This document shows, one piece after another, positions 52,072-62,159 of a stretch of DNA of 64,000 nt. A model generated the notes under the pieces. The model made no database searches and was not told the DNA's origin. It was given only the letters and a program-made list of their open reading frames with translations. Location of the stretch: assembly GCA_963663385.2 (NCBI GenBank), contig CAXXXD010000002.1, positions 256,001 through 320,000 on the forward strand. Reading direction: 5' to 3'. Made by a program: the position numbers and the translations under genes. Source of the DNA: Oceanispirochaeta sp. GTDB lineage: Bacteria > Spirochaetota > Spirochaetia > DSM-2461. Within the stretch, counting starts at the first letter, position 1, and the number at the start of each line of letters is the position of its first letter.

Positions 52072-53193
52072 ATGGGAAAAGGTTTAACCGGTTTTTTGTT
52101 ATTAATATTTGTTCTGACTCCTGTCTTTTCACAGGAACTCCTGATTGAGCCTGGTGACGTCTATATTCAGATGGTGCCGGATGAAGGCTTTCATCTCTGG
52201 ATCAGGCAGAACCCTGGTATGAACTCGGTCATGCTTACCGAATCAACGGCGGATCCGGAAAAGCAGGCGGATTCATTTACACTGCGCGCCTATGATTATA
52301 ATGAGTTTAACGGGGATGAGCCCCGTATGCTGGACGGCGCACTCCTGCCCCAGGACCGTGGAATGTACTATCTGGTCGATTCCAGCCCGGAATACAATGA
52401 AATTCTGGGGGCTGATGCCTTCCGGATATTTGTGCCTCTGAATGTTACTTACGGTTATCCCTGGAGCCGCGAAGGCCAGCTGGAAATCCGCCAGGGGACC
52501 TGGTTGAATATCCGCTCGTTCGAAATGCCCTTTGCAGACTATACCGGGGCTTTTCAGGATAACCCGTTTGTTCTTTCCGCCAAGATAAAAGAGCTGCCTC
52601 CTCCTGTTGTGATAGAAGAGGTCGAAAGGGAACTGGAGGATATTATGGAGGAAGCCGCCCTGATGACCGGCGGCGAGTTCATCCGGGCGGAAGATGGTGA
52701 TGAAGCGGTTGATAAAATCGGTCAGATCCTGACATCTGTCGGCGGCGGTTCCATCGATGTAGTACTGGTTGTGGATACTACGGTCAGTATGAAAAACGAT
52801 ATTAACTTTATTCAGAAGAAACTTGTCCCTCTGGTAGAGAGCCATATCAGCGGATTTGAAAAATTCCGGACGGGAATCGTCATGTACCGGGATTATAAAG
52901 AGGCCTACCTTACAAAGGAGATCCCTTTTCAGGATGATCTGGAACGGGTCCAGTGGTATCTTAACCGCATAACCGTTTCAGGAGGACGGGATATCCCCGA
53001 AGCGGTATACGAAGGAATATTCAGCGGCATCACAAACTATGAATGGGCTGGAGACAACCGGATTATCATTCAGGTCGGAGATGCTCCTCCCCACGATATC
53101 CCCAAGGGAGAAATCACCAAAGAAATGGTGTATACGGAAGCTGCCAAGCTTGGTATTTCCATCTATCCGATTCTTCTCCCATCCGAATACTGA
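52072..53193 (+). CDS. Exported VWA-domain protein
   Basis: Signal peptide, MIDAS-like DVVLVVDTTVSM, YRDY, GGRDIPEAV, GDAPPH; start moved to ATG 52072 (AAGGAG RBS). Confidence 0.85.
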   Translation: MGKGLTGFLLLIFVLTPVFSQELLIEPGDVYIQMVPDEGFHLWIRQNPGMNSVMLTESTADPEKQADSFTLRAYDYNEFNGDEPRMLDGALLPQDRGMYYLVDSSPEYNEILGADAFRIFVPLNVTYGYPWSREGQLEIRQGTWLNIRSFEMPFADYTGAFQDNPFVLSAKIKELPPPVVIEEVERELEDIMEEAALMTGGEFIRAEDGDEAVDKIGQILTSVGGGSIDVVLVVDTTVSMKNDINFIQKKLVPLVESHISGFEKFRTGIVMYRDYKEAYLTKEIPFQDDLERVQWYLNRITVSGGRDIPEAVYEGIFSGITNYEWAGDNRIIIQVGDAPPHDIPKGEITKEMVYTEAAKLGISIYPILLPSEY

Positions 53194-53203
53194 TCCTGCT
53201 TTT

Positions 53204-53632
53204 TCAGCTGGAGGGGTAACTCTCCGGGTCTACCTCCGGCAGGGGATCCCCTTCCAGAACAGCCAGGACTTTTTCAGATAAAACCTTATAACGGTTCGGG
53301 TACAGTATGACAAAAGTGCTGGTCTCGTATTTATTCAGTATTTCCCTGAATTCTTCAATGGCCAGCTCTTCCTGTCCCAGTTTTTTATGAATAATAGCTC
53401 TTTCATATTCGGCGGCAATACCCTTGGAATGATTCTCCGGGTAACGGACAAGGAATACTTCATAGTAAAAGAGAGCCGTTTCAAGTTTTTCATCATCTAC
53501 AGCGTCCTGGGCGGCTTTGAAGAAGTGATCTTCCGACCAGTCCTGATCTACCGATTCAGGCACCGTCGTGCAGGAGATGAATGTCAGTGAGATGGTTAAA
53601 AGCAGTAAACTATATTTTAGAATATTTCGCAT
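53204..53632 (-). CDS. TPR lipoprotein (BamD/YfiO-like)
   Basis: Lipobox FISC, TPR-like helices with RYP; start moved to ATG 53632. Confidence 0.65.
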   Translation of the reverse strand: MRNILKYSLLLLTISLTFISCTTVPESVDQDWSEDHFFKAAQDAVDDEKLETALFYYEVFLVRYPENHSKGIAAEYERAIIHKKLGQEELAIEEFREILNKYETSTFVILYPNRYKVLSEKVLAVLEGDPLPEVDPESYPSS

Positions 53633-53764
53633 GTGGTCCTTCTTTAATATGAGAACCATCATACTCTACAGAAGATACAGTTTCAAGCGAAATTAAAGAG
53701 GCAGACTGCCCGAATCCATATCAGGGCTCAGGGGGGCAGCAGCTCCTCTTTTCCCTGAACAGGA

Positions 53765-54103
53765 TTATAGATCAAACGCGTAAACTTCATCCTTGATAGG
53801 GAGTGTCTTCTTCAACTCTTTCAGAAAGGTCTTGGTATCGCCCATGGGTTCATAGAATTCACACTCTTCGGTACTGCGGCGGGCTACGGTAAAATATTTA
53901 TAATACTTTTCATCTCCCAGTTTTTTCTTCCACATGCCGGCGTCACAGCGAACCCTCAAGTGGTATTGATTGTCCTTGCCTGTGCTTGTCCTGACCAGTT
54001 TGCAATGGCAGCAGTTGGCACAGTAAATTTTGTCGGCGCTGCAGGTATCGGAATTATCCTCAGCAATATCGGCTGCTTGGCCAGTAAAAGATTCTTCGTA
54101 CAT
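53765..54103 (-). CDS. Small Cys-rich hypothetical protein
   Basis: GGAGGT RBS; CANCCHC...RVRC...EECEFY. Confidence 0.75.
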   Translation of the reverse strand: MYEESFTGQAADIAEDNSDTCSADKIYCANCCHCKLVRTSTGKDNQYHLRVRCDAGMWKKKLGDEKYYKYFTVARRSTEECEFYEPMGDTKTFLKELKKTLPIKDEVYAFDL

Positions 54104-54223
54104 GAGATGAACACCTCCAGATGAATTTTTCCTCTTCTTTCCCTTATTGTCGGCTGAAAGCCGTTTAATTTTGAGAAAGAACTTCTACTTTGTTTCTATT
54201 CACAAAAATGAAAGTTCTATATC

Positions 54224-54937
54224 ATGGCAGATATGATAGCTACTTTTATCAACGCACTGACTATTATCCTGGGTTCTGCCATCGGGTTAGGCCTGAGGGG
54301 CAAAATCCATGATCACTACGAAGATGTGATTTTTACCGCTCTCGGTCTGTTTACTCTTGTTCTGGGGCTGACCATGGCTCAGGGTGAATGCAATGCCCTT
54401 TATATGGTTTTTTCTCTGGTTCTGGGAGGTATTCTGGGGACCTGGTGGAAACTGGAAGACAGGATCCTGTCTCTGGGGGATATCGTGCGGAAACTGCTGC
54501 CCCGCAGAATAGGGGACAATACTTTTGCAGCCGGGTTTCTGGATGCTTCGGTTCTCTTCTGTGTGGGAGCCATGACAATTGTAGGCGCTTTTCAGGCCGG
54601 GATTGATCATGACTATCAAACCCTGCTTGTCAAATCCGTACTGGACGGTTTTGCCGCCATACTGATGGCCTCCGTTCTGGGCTGGGGTGTTATGTTTTCA
54701 GCTCTCACCATAATTGTAACACAGGGCTCTCTTACTCTTCTGGCGGTATGGATCGCCCCTTATGTACATGACGAGATCATTGAGGCTGTTGCTGTAGTAG
54801 GGGGTGTGCTGATTATGATGATCGGTTTAAACCTGCTTAAAATAAAAAAGATCAGGACCGCCAATTTTATTCCGGCGCTGATCCTGATCCTTCTTTTTTC
54901 CTATGCCGATCCCTGGCTGCAGGTTTTCCGCAGCTGA
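54224..54937 (+). CDS. DUF554 family membrane protein
   Basis: ASVLFCVGAMTIVG, KSVLDGF, IRTANFIPAL. Confidence 0.9.
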   Translation: MADMIATFINALTIILGSAIGLGLRGKIHDHYEDVIFTALGLFTLVLGLTMAQGECNALYMVFSLVLGGILGTWWKLEDRILSLGDIVRKLLPRRIGDNTFAAGFLDASVLFCVGAMTIVGAFQAGIDHDYQTLLVKSVLDGFAAILMASVLGWGVMFSALTIIVTQGSLTLLAVWIAPYVHDEIIEAVAVVGGVLIMMIGLNLLKIKKIRTANFIPALILILLFSYADPWLQVFRS

Positions 54938-54980
54938 CATTTTTGACCTTTTGCCCGGATCCGACGTTAGAGACCTGAGA

Positions 54981-57356
54981 CTATAGTGGTTTAAGGTGCC
55001 AGATATCCCTGTTATACTCCATGATGGTCCTGTCCGAGGAGAAGTAACCCGAGGCGGCAATATTTTTCAGACTGCGGCTCTGCCATCCGGCTGTATCCTC
55101 GTAATCCCTGTCTGAAGCACTTACAGCTTTTCTATGAGCGGCCAGTTCGGGAAGAACCAGGTACTGATCATTTGATCTGATATGGTTCAAAAGCGCCGAG
55201 AATTCGTTTCCGGAGCTGAACAGGCCCGATTCAATCGCATGAAGTATACGGGAGGCCCTCTCATCCCCTTTGATAAAAACTTCAGGAGAATAACCGACCC
55301 TTTTGAGGTTCGCCTCTTCCGTGCTTAAGCCGAAGGGGTATCCATTTTCCGGCCCGGCCTTTTCGAATATCTCAATATTGGCTCCATCCATAGTTCCCAG
55401 GGTCAGCGCGCCATTCATCATGAACTTCATATTCCCTGTTCCGGAGGCTTCCTTTCCCGCAGTTGAAATCTGCTGGGAAATCTCCGAAGCCGGGAAGATC
55501 CGTTCTGCCATGGACACCCTGTAATTGGGGAGGAAAACAAGCTGCAGTCTGTCTTTGCACAGAGGATCCCCATCCAGGACTTCACTTACCTGGCAGGCCA
55601 GGTGAATGATCTCCTTTGCAATATAGTAACCCGGCGCCGCTTTTCCGCCAAAGAAAAACGTACGGGGCTGAACCGGTTTGTTCGGATTGTCCCTGATATC
55701 CAGATAACGGTCGATAATATTCAGTATATTAAGAAGCTGCCGTTTGTATTCGTGTATCCGTTTTACCTGAAAGTCAAAGAGCATGGACGGATTAACGCGG
55801 ATGCCGCTCTCTTTTTCAAGGTATCGACTGAATCCCTTTTTGTTTTCATCCTTTATGGTCTTGAGTTTTTCCAGAAAGGCGGAATCCTTGCTCAGGGGCA
55901 GCAGATCACTCAGCTTTTCCGCATCACTGTGCCATTCCCGGCCGATTGCTTCATCGATCAGTCCTGTAAGGTCAGGGTTGGAGTGGATAAGCCAGCGGCG
56001 GTGGGTAATCCCGTTAGTCTTGTTGTTGAACTTTTCCGGGTATAGGGCATACCACTCCTTCAGAACACTGTTTTTAAGGATTTCCGTATGCAGCGCGGCT
56101 ACTCCGTTTACAGAACGGGATCCCTGAATGGCCAGAGGCGCCATATGGATAACGCCGTTTCTGATTATCTGGTAAAGAGGGGCGCCTTCTTTTCCATGGT
56201 GCTCTTTCTGCAGGCGCCTGTGGATCTCTTCGATAATCATGGCAATACGGGGAAACAGGTGCTGTATATAGGTTACCGGCCACTTTTCAAGCGCCTCCGA
56301 AAGGACTGTATGGTTCGTGTAGGAAAAGGTCGCGGTTGTGATCTTCCAGGCTTTCTCCCAGGACAGTTTCTCCCTGTCCATCAAAAGCCGCATAAGTTCC
56401 GGGATGGCCAGAACCGGGTGGGTATCGTTCAGCTGAATGGCATGCTGCTCCGGAAACCGGTCCCAGTCATCGCCAAAATCCCGTCTGAATCGTTCCGAGA
56501 TATCCTGCAGGGACGCGGAAACAAAGAAGTACTGCTGTTTCAGTCGGAGCTGTTTTCCCGCCGACCCCTGATCGTTGGGGTAGAGGACAGCGGAAATGCT
56601 GCGGGCTCCATCGTCCTCCCGCCAGGACTGTCCATGCTGTTCCTGGTTAAACAGGTTCAGATCGAACCCCTCCGGTGAGCGGGCTTCCCAGAGCCTCAGG
56701 GTTGTTACGGTTTTACCGTCAGCTCCTGTGATTGGATAATCCACAGGGACGGCATGGATCACTTCGCCCGGATCTATTTTGAAATTCAGGTTCCCTTCCT
56801 GATTCTGGTTCATATGAACATGTCCGCCGATATAGATCTTTCGGAAATCCTGGGGCCTCTCTGTTCCCCACAGATCATTCCTGTCCTGCCAGGTATCGGG
56901 AGATTCCTGCTGTCTGTTATTTTCAATAGACTGACTGAATAATCCGTATCTGTACCGGATGCCGTAACCCATGGCCGGCAGTTTCAACGAAGCCAGTGAG
57001 TCGAGGAAGCAGGAGGCCAGACGGCCCAGACCGCCGTTCCCCAGACCGGGATCAGCTTCTTCCTCCAGAATATCTCCCAGACTGAAACCGTACTCTTCAG
57101 CCAGTTCGGCAGCTTCTTTCCACATCCCCGTGTTCATAAGGTTCATTTGCAGGGATCGTCCTGTCAGGAATTCCATAGAGAAGTAGTAGATCCGGCGCAT
57201 CTTCGCCTCCCGGATCTGCCTTTCCGTACTGTACCATCCCTCAAGGATCCTTTGACGCACTGTTTCTCCCAGTACATTTAAAAACAGGGACGGTGTTACA
57301 CTGTTTCGTGTAATCCCTGTCTGTGTCATAATTTTCTTTCGGAATTCTTCTTTCAT
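54981..57356 (-). CDS. glgP: Glycogen/starch phosphorylase
   Basis: GLGNGGLGRLASCFLDS, QVKRIHEYKRQ, PLP site EASGTGNMKFMMNG. Confidence 0.97.
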   Translation of the reverse strand: MKEEFRKKIMTQTGITRNSVTPSLFLNVLGETVRQRILEGWYSTERQIREAKMRRIYYFSMEFLTGRSLQMNLMNTGMWKEAAELAEEYGFSLGDILEEEADPGLGNGGLGRLASCFLDSLASLKLPAMGYGIRYRYGLFSQSIENNRQQESPDTWQDRNDLWGTERPQDFRKIYIGGHVHMNQNQEGNLNFKIDPGEVIHAVPVDYPITGADGKTVTTLRLWEARSPEGFDLNLFNQEQHGQSWREDDGARSISAVLYPNDQGSAGKQLRLKQQYFFVSASLQDISERFRRDFGDDWDRFPEQHAIQLNDTHPVLAIPELMRLLMDREKLSWEKAWKITTATFSYTNHTVLSEALEKWPVTYIQHLFPRIAMIIEEIHRRLQKEHHGKEGAPLYQIIRNGVIHMAPLAIQGSRSVNGVAALHTEILKNSVLKEWYALYPEKFNNKTNGITHRRWLIHSNPDLTGLIDEAIGREWHSDAEKLSDLLPLSKDSAFLEKLKTIKDENKKGFSRYLEKESGIRVNPSMLFDFQVKRIHEYKRQLLNILNIIDRYLDIRDNPNKPVQPRTFFFGGKAAPGYYIAKEIIHLACQVSEVLDGDPLCKDRLQLVFLPNYRVSMAERIFPASEISQQISTAGKEASGTGNMKFMMNGALTLGTMDGANIEIFEKAGPENGYPFGLSTEEANLKRVGYSPEVFIKGDERASRILHAIESGLFSSGNEFSALLNHIRSNDQYLVLPELAAHRKAVSASDRDYEDTAGWQSRSLKNIAASGYFSSDRTIMEYNRDIWHLKPL

Positions 57357-58675
57357 TAAATCACCGATTCGGGGTGTTCTTCCACGATGCGGAGAGACAC
57401 CGGTTTGTTATCAACCTCTTCCAGAGAGGCAATCTCCGTCAGAGCTTTTATAATATTACCAGCTTTGGCCGTATGGGTTGTCATAACGAGAGGGATGGAA
57501 TCGAACGCCCCTTCCTGCTGCAGAAGGGATGTGATGCTGATAGAGTGTTTACTGAGTATCCCGGTTATCCGGGCTACCGTACCGGGACGGTCTTTTACCA
57601 TAAAACGCAGGTAGTAGCGGCTGGTCAATTCTTCCTGAGGCAGCTGTCTGGCTTCTTCTGTCAGATCGGGCCAGAACGAAAGGGTCTCGAAAGCCCTGGA
57701 TGTTACTCCGAGAGCAATAGCTATGATATCTGCCACAACTGCTGATGCGGTGGGGGAACTGCCCGCTCCCCGTCCCATATACATGGTGTGACCCACGGCA
57801 TGACCGTACACGCTTACCGCATTAAAAGCGCCTGAAATCCGGGCCAGGGGATGATTTCTATGGAGGAACGCAGGGGCTACGCTAAGGGCCAGTCCCTTTT
57901 CTGTCCTCTGGGCAATTGCAAGCAGCTTCATTGTATAACCCAGGTTCTGGCCGGTCTGGATATCGTAAAGGTCTACCGTATCTATCCCCTGAACAGGGAC
58001 CGAATCCAGGGATACTCTCTTTCCGTAAGCCAGAGAACCCATTATGGTTAATTTATGGGCCGAGTCCATTCCTGTTACATCCAGAGTGGGATCCGCTTCT
58101 GCCAGCCCTGCCGCCTGGGCGGATTTCAGCGCTGTCTGATAGGTCTGTCCCTTTTCTGTCATCTCGGTCAGTATGTGATTGCAGGTTCCGTTTACAATCC
58201 CGAACAGGGCTTCAATCCTGTTGGCCAGCAGCCCGTCTGTCAGGGCTTTTATAATTGGGATACCGCCGCCGCAGCTGGCTTCAAAACCGATGGATACACC
58301 ATTTTCCCTTGCAAGGGCAAAAAGCTCGGGTCCGTAGTGTGCGAGAAGGGCTTTGTTGGCCGTCACCACGTGTTTTCCCGCTTCCAGAGCCTTTGTCATC
58401 ATCTTCTTGGCAATGGTCAGTCCGCCGATCAGTTCGATAACCAGTTTGACTTCCGGATCTTCCAGAACTTTATTGTAATCTTCTTCAAAAAGATCAGGGT
58501 CTATTCCGATAGCTTTTGCGTTGCTGTAATCCCTTTCAACAATATATTTCAGAACCAGCGGGAGTCCTGTCCTCTCCTGAAGAAAGTCCTTGTCTTCGGT
58601 GAGGAGCCGGGCGGTTCCTCCGCCGACTATTCCGCATCCCACCAGGGCAATTCCAAATCTTTCATTCCGGGCCAT
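57356..58675 (-). CDS. hom: Homoserine dehydrogenase with C-terminal ACT domain
   Basis: GCGIVGGG, VVTANKA, FEASCGGGIP, NGTCN, EADPTLDV, DRPG ACT motif. Confidence 0.96.
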   Translation of the reverse strand: MARNERFGIALVGCGIVGGGTARLLTEDKDFLQERTGLPLVLKYIVERDYSNAKAIGIDPDLFEEDYNKVLEDPEVKLVIELIGGLTIAKKMMTKALEAGKHVVTANKALLAHYGPELFALARENGVSIGFEASCGGGIPIIKALTDGLLANRIEALFGIVNGTCNHILTEMTEKGQTYQTALKSAQAAGLAEADPTLDVTGMDSAHKLTIMGSLAYGKRVSLDSVPVQGIDTVDLYDIQTGQNLGYTMKLLAIAQRTEKGLALSVAPAFLHRNHPLARISGAFNAVSVYGHAVGHTMYMGRGAGSSPTASAVVADIIAIALGVTSRAFETLSFWPDLTEEARQLPQEELTSRYYLRFMVKDRPGTVARITGILSKHSISITSLLQQEGAFDSIPLVMTTHTAKAGNIIKALTEIASLEEVDNKPVSLRIVEEHPESVI

Positions 58676-58916
58676 AACATTTCTCTCCTGATATATTTAT
58701 CTTAAATAAATGACTTTATGGAGATTATCAGATATGACACTCATTTATGCAAGAGGCTGTCTGTTTGGACCCAGGCAGATTTTTAAATGAAATGTGACGA
58801 TTTCTCCTATGTATATTGTTGAATAATGAATTACAATATAAAGTAATTTAACCGGACTCACTGTTTTTTATACCGTGATGCCGGACTTAATATCTGATCT
58901 TAAGGAGTTTCTTATT

Positions 58917-59519
58917 ATGAAGAATAAAGGTGTATTCCTGATTCTTGCAGCAGCAGTATTGATCTTTTCCGGTTGTGCCTCCACTTCCGTAACCAGGACA
59001 TCTACGGATGAAGTAATAGATTTAAGCGGCCACTGGAATGATACGGATTCCAGGCTTACCGCAGAAGAAATGATTTCCGATGTTCTTTCCCGTCCCTGGC
59101 TGGATGATTTCAAGGCTGCCGAGGGCGAGAAGCCCGTTCTTATCGTCGGAACTATCAGAAACAAGAGTTCTGAACATATCGAAACAGCCACATTTGTCAA
59201 GGACATTGAAAGGGAGCTGATCAACAGCGGGCAGGTAAGATTTGTTGCCAGCAAGGAAGAGAGGGAAGAAGTCAGGGACGAAAAAGAGGACCAGCAGTCC
59301 AACGCTACCGAAGAAACCATGTCTGCTCTGGCTGCCGAAACCGGTGCGGATTTTATGCTCAAGGGTGTAATCACATCCATTACAGATGCTGTCGAAGGGA
59401 AACGGGTTGTAACCTATAAAGTTGATATGGAACTGATTCGCCTGGAATCCAACGAAAAAGTCTGGATCGGATCAAACGAAGTAAAGAAATTTATTAAACA
59501 GTCCAAATCCAACTGGTAA
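58917..59519 (+). CDS. LpoB-like (penicillin-binding protein activator family) lipoprotein
   Basis: Lipobox FSGC, DLSGHWNDTD, IRNKSSEHI, GADFMLKG, VWIG. Confidence 0.8.
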   Translation: MKNKGVFLILAAAVLIFSGCASTSVTRTSTDEVIDLSGHWNDTDSRLTAEEMISDVLSRPWLDDFKAAEGEKPVLIVGTIRNKSSEHIETATFVKDIERELINSGQVRFVASKEEREEVRDEKEDQQSNATEETMSALAAETGADFMLKGVITSITDAVEGKRVVTYKVDMELIRLESNEKVWIGSNEVKKFIKQSKSNW

Positions 59520-59521
59520 AA

Positions 59522-60937
59522 ATGAAAACAGTTCAAAATATAATAAAGTGGGGATTGGCTTTTGCGGTGGCAGGACTCTTTATGTCCTGTGCCAGTACGG
59601 TCACACAGCAGTCTCATTATATTGATGCGGATGCCATGGTCGCCCGCGGGGATTACCTGGGGGCGAGCCGTGTGGTGGAAGAGGAGCGTGATACCTCTTA
59701 TAAGCAGAAAGACCGGGTTCTCTATTACCTGGATACGGGGATGCTCTATCATTTTGCCGGAGAGTATGAAAAGAGTAATCAGGCTCTTTCAAAGGCGGAA
59801 CAGGGGATAGAGGAACTCTTTACCAAAAGTATTTCCAAGTCCATTACTTCGGGAGTTTTGAACGATAATGCCCTGGATTACGCCGGGGAGGATTACGAAG
59901 ATATCTATCTGAATATCTTCAAGGCTTTGAACTATATTGCTCTGGGCAATAATGAAAGCGCTCAGGTAGAGATCCGCCGGGTTCATATCAAGCTGGGGAT
60001 ACTGGAAGACAAATACCGGGAACTGATTGAAGAGTACAACAGCTCCAGCGATGCAGAGGGGGAGATTGAAGCCAGGGAAATCCGTTTTTACAACTCGGCT
60101 CTGGCCCGGTTCCTCGGGCTTCTTCTCTACCGGGCGGAAGGTGACTTCGATGATGTCCGTATTGAACTGAATGAAATCCGGGAAGCCTTCAATGAACAGA
60201 AACAGCTTTATGATTTCGAGCAGCCGGACCTTCCTCAGCAGGAAACGGCAGACGGGATGGCATATCTCAGTGTAATGGCATTTACAGGGTTCTCTCCGCG
60301 GAAAATGGCGGAAACCTTCTACCTGGATACGGGCAGCCATATTGTTTACATCACTTCTGTCAGTCAGAACAAGGACTATGTAAACCGGACTATTGGATTC
60401 AACTTTCTGGTTATGCCCGGGGTGGAACCGGGGTATCATTTTAAATTCCAGTATCCCCGGATGGACCTGATGGGAAGCCGGATTGACCGGATTGTTATGA
60501 CTGTAGACGGGATGGCCAAGGTGGAGATTCCTCTCTTTGAGGATATGGAAACCATCGCCCAGGAAATCTTTCTGATCAGACAGCCCCTGATTATCGGAAA
60601 AACCATACTGCGAACGGTTGCCAAGGGTATTGTCAAGGAAGCGGGGAAACAGGCTGTTAAAGATGAGATGTCCAATGATGTGGGAGGCCTGCTGCTCGGT
60701 GCTCTGATCGGCGTTGCCGCTGACGTTGCAGTGGATGCTACGGAAAACGCGGACCTTCGCATTTCTCACTACTTTCCCGCCTATGCTCATGCTCTTGATG
60801 TGGCTCTTCCACCGGGAGATCATTCTATCGAGCTGGAGTACTTCAGCGGATCCTCTCTGGTTTTCCGGGACAATAAAGGGACCATCAATCTGAAAGAGGG
60901 TGAACTGAACCTGGTAGAATCCTTCGTTTTAAAATAG
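59522..60937 (+). CDS. COG3014-type TPR lipoprotein
   Basis: Lipobox FMSC, LYYLDTGML, YAGEDYE, ALNY..A.VEIRR, TENADLR. Confidence 0.75.
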   Translation: MKTVQNIIKWGLAFAVAGLFMSCASTVTQQSHYIDADAMVARGDYLGASRVVEEERDTSYKQKDRVLYYLDTGMLYHFAGEYEKSNQALSKAEQGIEELFTKSISKSITSGVLNDNALDYAGEDYEDIYLNIFKALNYIALGNNESAQVEIRRVHIKLGILEDKYRELIEEYNSSSDAEGEIEAREIRFYNSALARFLGLLLYRAEGDFDDVRIELNEIREAFNEQKQLYDFEQPDLPQQETADGMAYLSVMAFTGFSPRKMAETFYLDTGSHIVYITSVSQNKDYVNRTIGFNFLVMPGVEPGYHFKFQYPRMDLMGSRIDRIVMTVDGMAKVEIPLFEDMETIAQEIFLIRQPLIIGKTILRTVAKGIVKEAGKQAVKDEMSNDVGGLLLGALIGVAADVAVDATENADLRISHYFPAYAHALDVALPPGDHSIELEYFSGSSLVFRDNKGTINLKEGELNLVESFVLK

Positions 60938-60945
60938 GAGTAAAC

Positions 60946-61983
60946 ATGAAAAAGATAATCCTTGTATTACTGTTAACAGTTACAATACTGGTGTCCTGTG
61001 CAACAGGCGGCGGGAATTCCTCTTCGAAAGGACGCCGTCCCGACTGGGTGGATGATAAGCACAGTGTTTATCCCGATGATGAGTATCTGGTGGAAATAGG
61101 GGAAGGCTCTTCCCTTAAAAAAGCCAAACAGGACGGGATCGCCGCACTGACCCAGATTTTCAGAACCACCGTAAAAGTGGACAGTACCGTTTTAACCCGT
61201 TATCAGGATCTTTCCGACGGGGATAAAATCCTGGAATCCAGTATGGAAACGTCCGTGGATGAGTCCATTACCCAGCTTTCCGATGAAACCCTGATAAATG
61301 TCCATTTCGGCGAATCCTGGACCGATGATATGGGGCGCACCTATGTGGCTGCCTATATCGACCGGATGGACACGGCCATGATTTACAGGGAACGTATCAA
61401 TCAGGACAGCGAACGGACCCGTTATTTTATGGATGAATCGGCCGGACAGTCTGACCTGCTCAGGAAATTCGGTTATCTGGATGCGGCTACCGTTATGGAT
61501 AAAAACTCCCAGATGATGCTGGAACAGCTTGAGATTATCCATGCCCCTTCCAGCCGATCCATTATGCTCAGTTACGAACCGGATGAACTCAATTCCCTGT
61601 ATAACAATACGGCAAAGGAAATGCTCTATTCCATTTCCGTAGACGGGGATATGGATGGAAAAGTGACCAATACGGTTGCCCAGGTCCTGACCGGCCGGGG
61701 GTTCTCCGTTACCGACGGAACAGGCAACCTCTCCGTTACGGGCAGCGTTTCCGTGGAAGATGCCGCCCTGAATAACGGCTATGAAAATGTCCGCTGGTTT
61801 CTCTATATGGAGATGCGGAACGAAGCCGGAGAAGTTGTGGCCACCATGGAAGAGCAGCAGCGGGAAACCGGAATCTCAAAAGAAGCTGCTGTTGCCAAAG
61901 CTTACCGATCCATGGAGGAAATGCTTCAGAAGAAATTTATCGGAGACCTGGAACGCTACTTCGACAGCTTTGCGGGTAAGTGA
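60946..61983 (+). CDS. LPP20-like lipoprotein
   Basis: Lipobox LVSC, RPDWV, YL.EIGEG..A, typical of LPP20 domains. Confidence 0.7.
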   Translation: MKKIILVLLLTVTILVSCATGGGNSSSKGRRPDWVDDKHSVYPDDEYLVEIGEGSSLKKAKQDGIAALTQIFRTTVKVDSTVLTRYQDLSDGDKILESSMETSVDESITQLSDETLINVHFGESWTDDMGRTYVAAYIDRMDTAMIYRERINQDSERTRYFMDESAGQSDLLRKFGYLDAATVMDKNSQMMLEQLEIIHAPSSRSIMLSYEPDELNSLYNNTAKEMLYSISVDGDMDGKVTNTVAQVLTGRGFSVTDGTGNLSVTGSVSVEDAALNNGYENVRWFLYMEMRNEAGEVVATMEEQQRETGISKEAAVAKAYRSMEEMLQKKFIGDLERYFDSFAGK

Positions 61984-61996
61984 TTTCAGATCCCTC

Positions 61997-62127
61997 TCCC
62001 CCTCGGCTCCGCTTGGATCGAGGGGATATTCTATTCAGACCCCCTTGTTATAAACCTTCGGTTTATTGCTCTGGTATGTAACTGACTTCTCAATCTCCCC
62101 TCCTGAGGAGGGGCCGGGGGAGGTCTG
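61997..62127. repeat. REP-like multi-hairpin element between convergent genes
   Basis: CCCCTCG..CGAGGGG, ATAAAC-CTTCG-GTTTAT, CCCCTCCT-G-AGGAGGGG and long-range CAGACC/GGTCTG pairing. Confidence 0.5.
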
Positions 62128-62159
62128 GTGATACAGGGCTACAGTTAAGCCGGGTGGCT

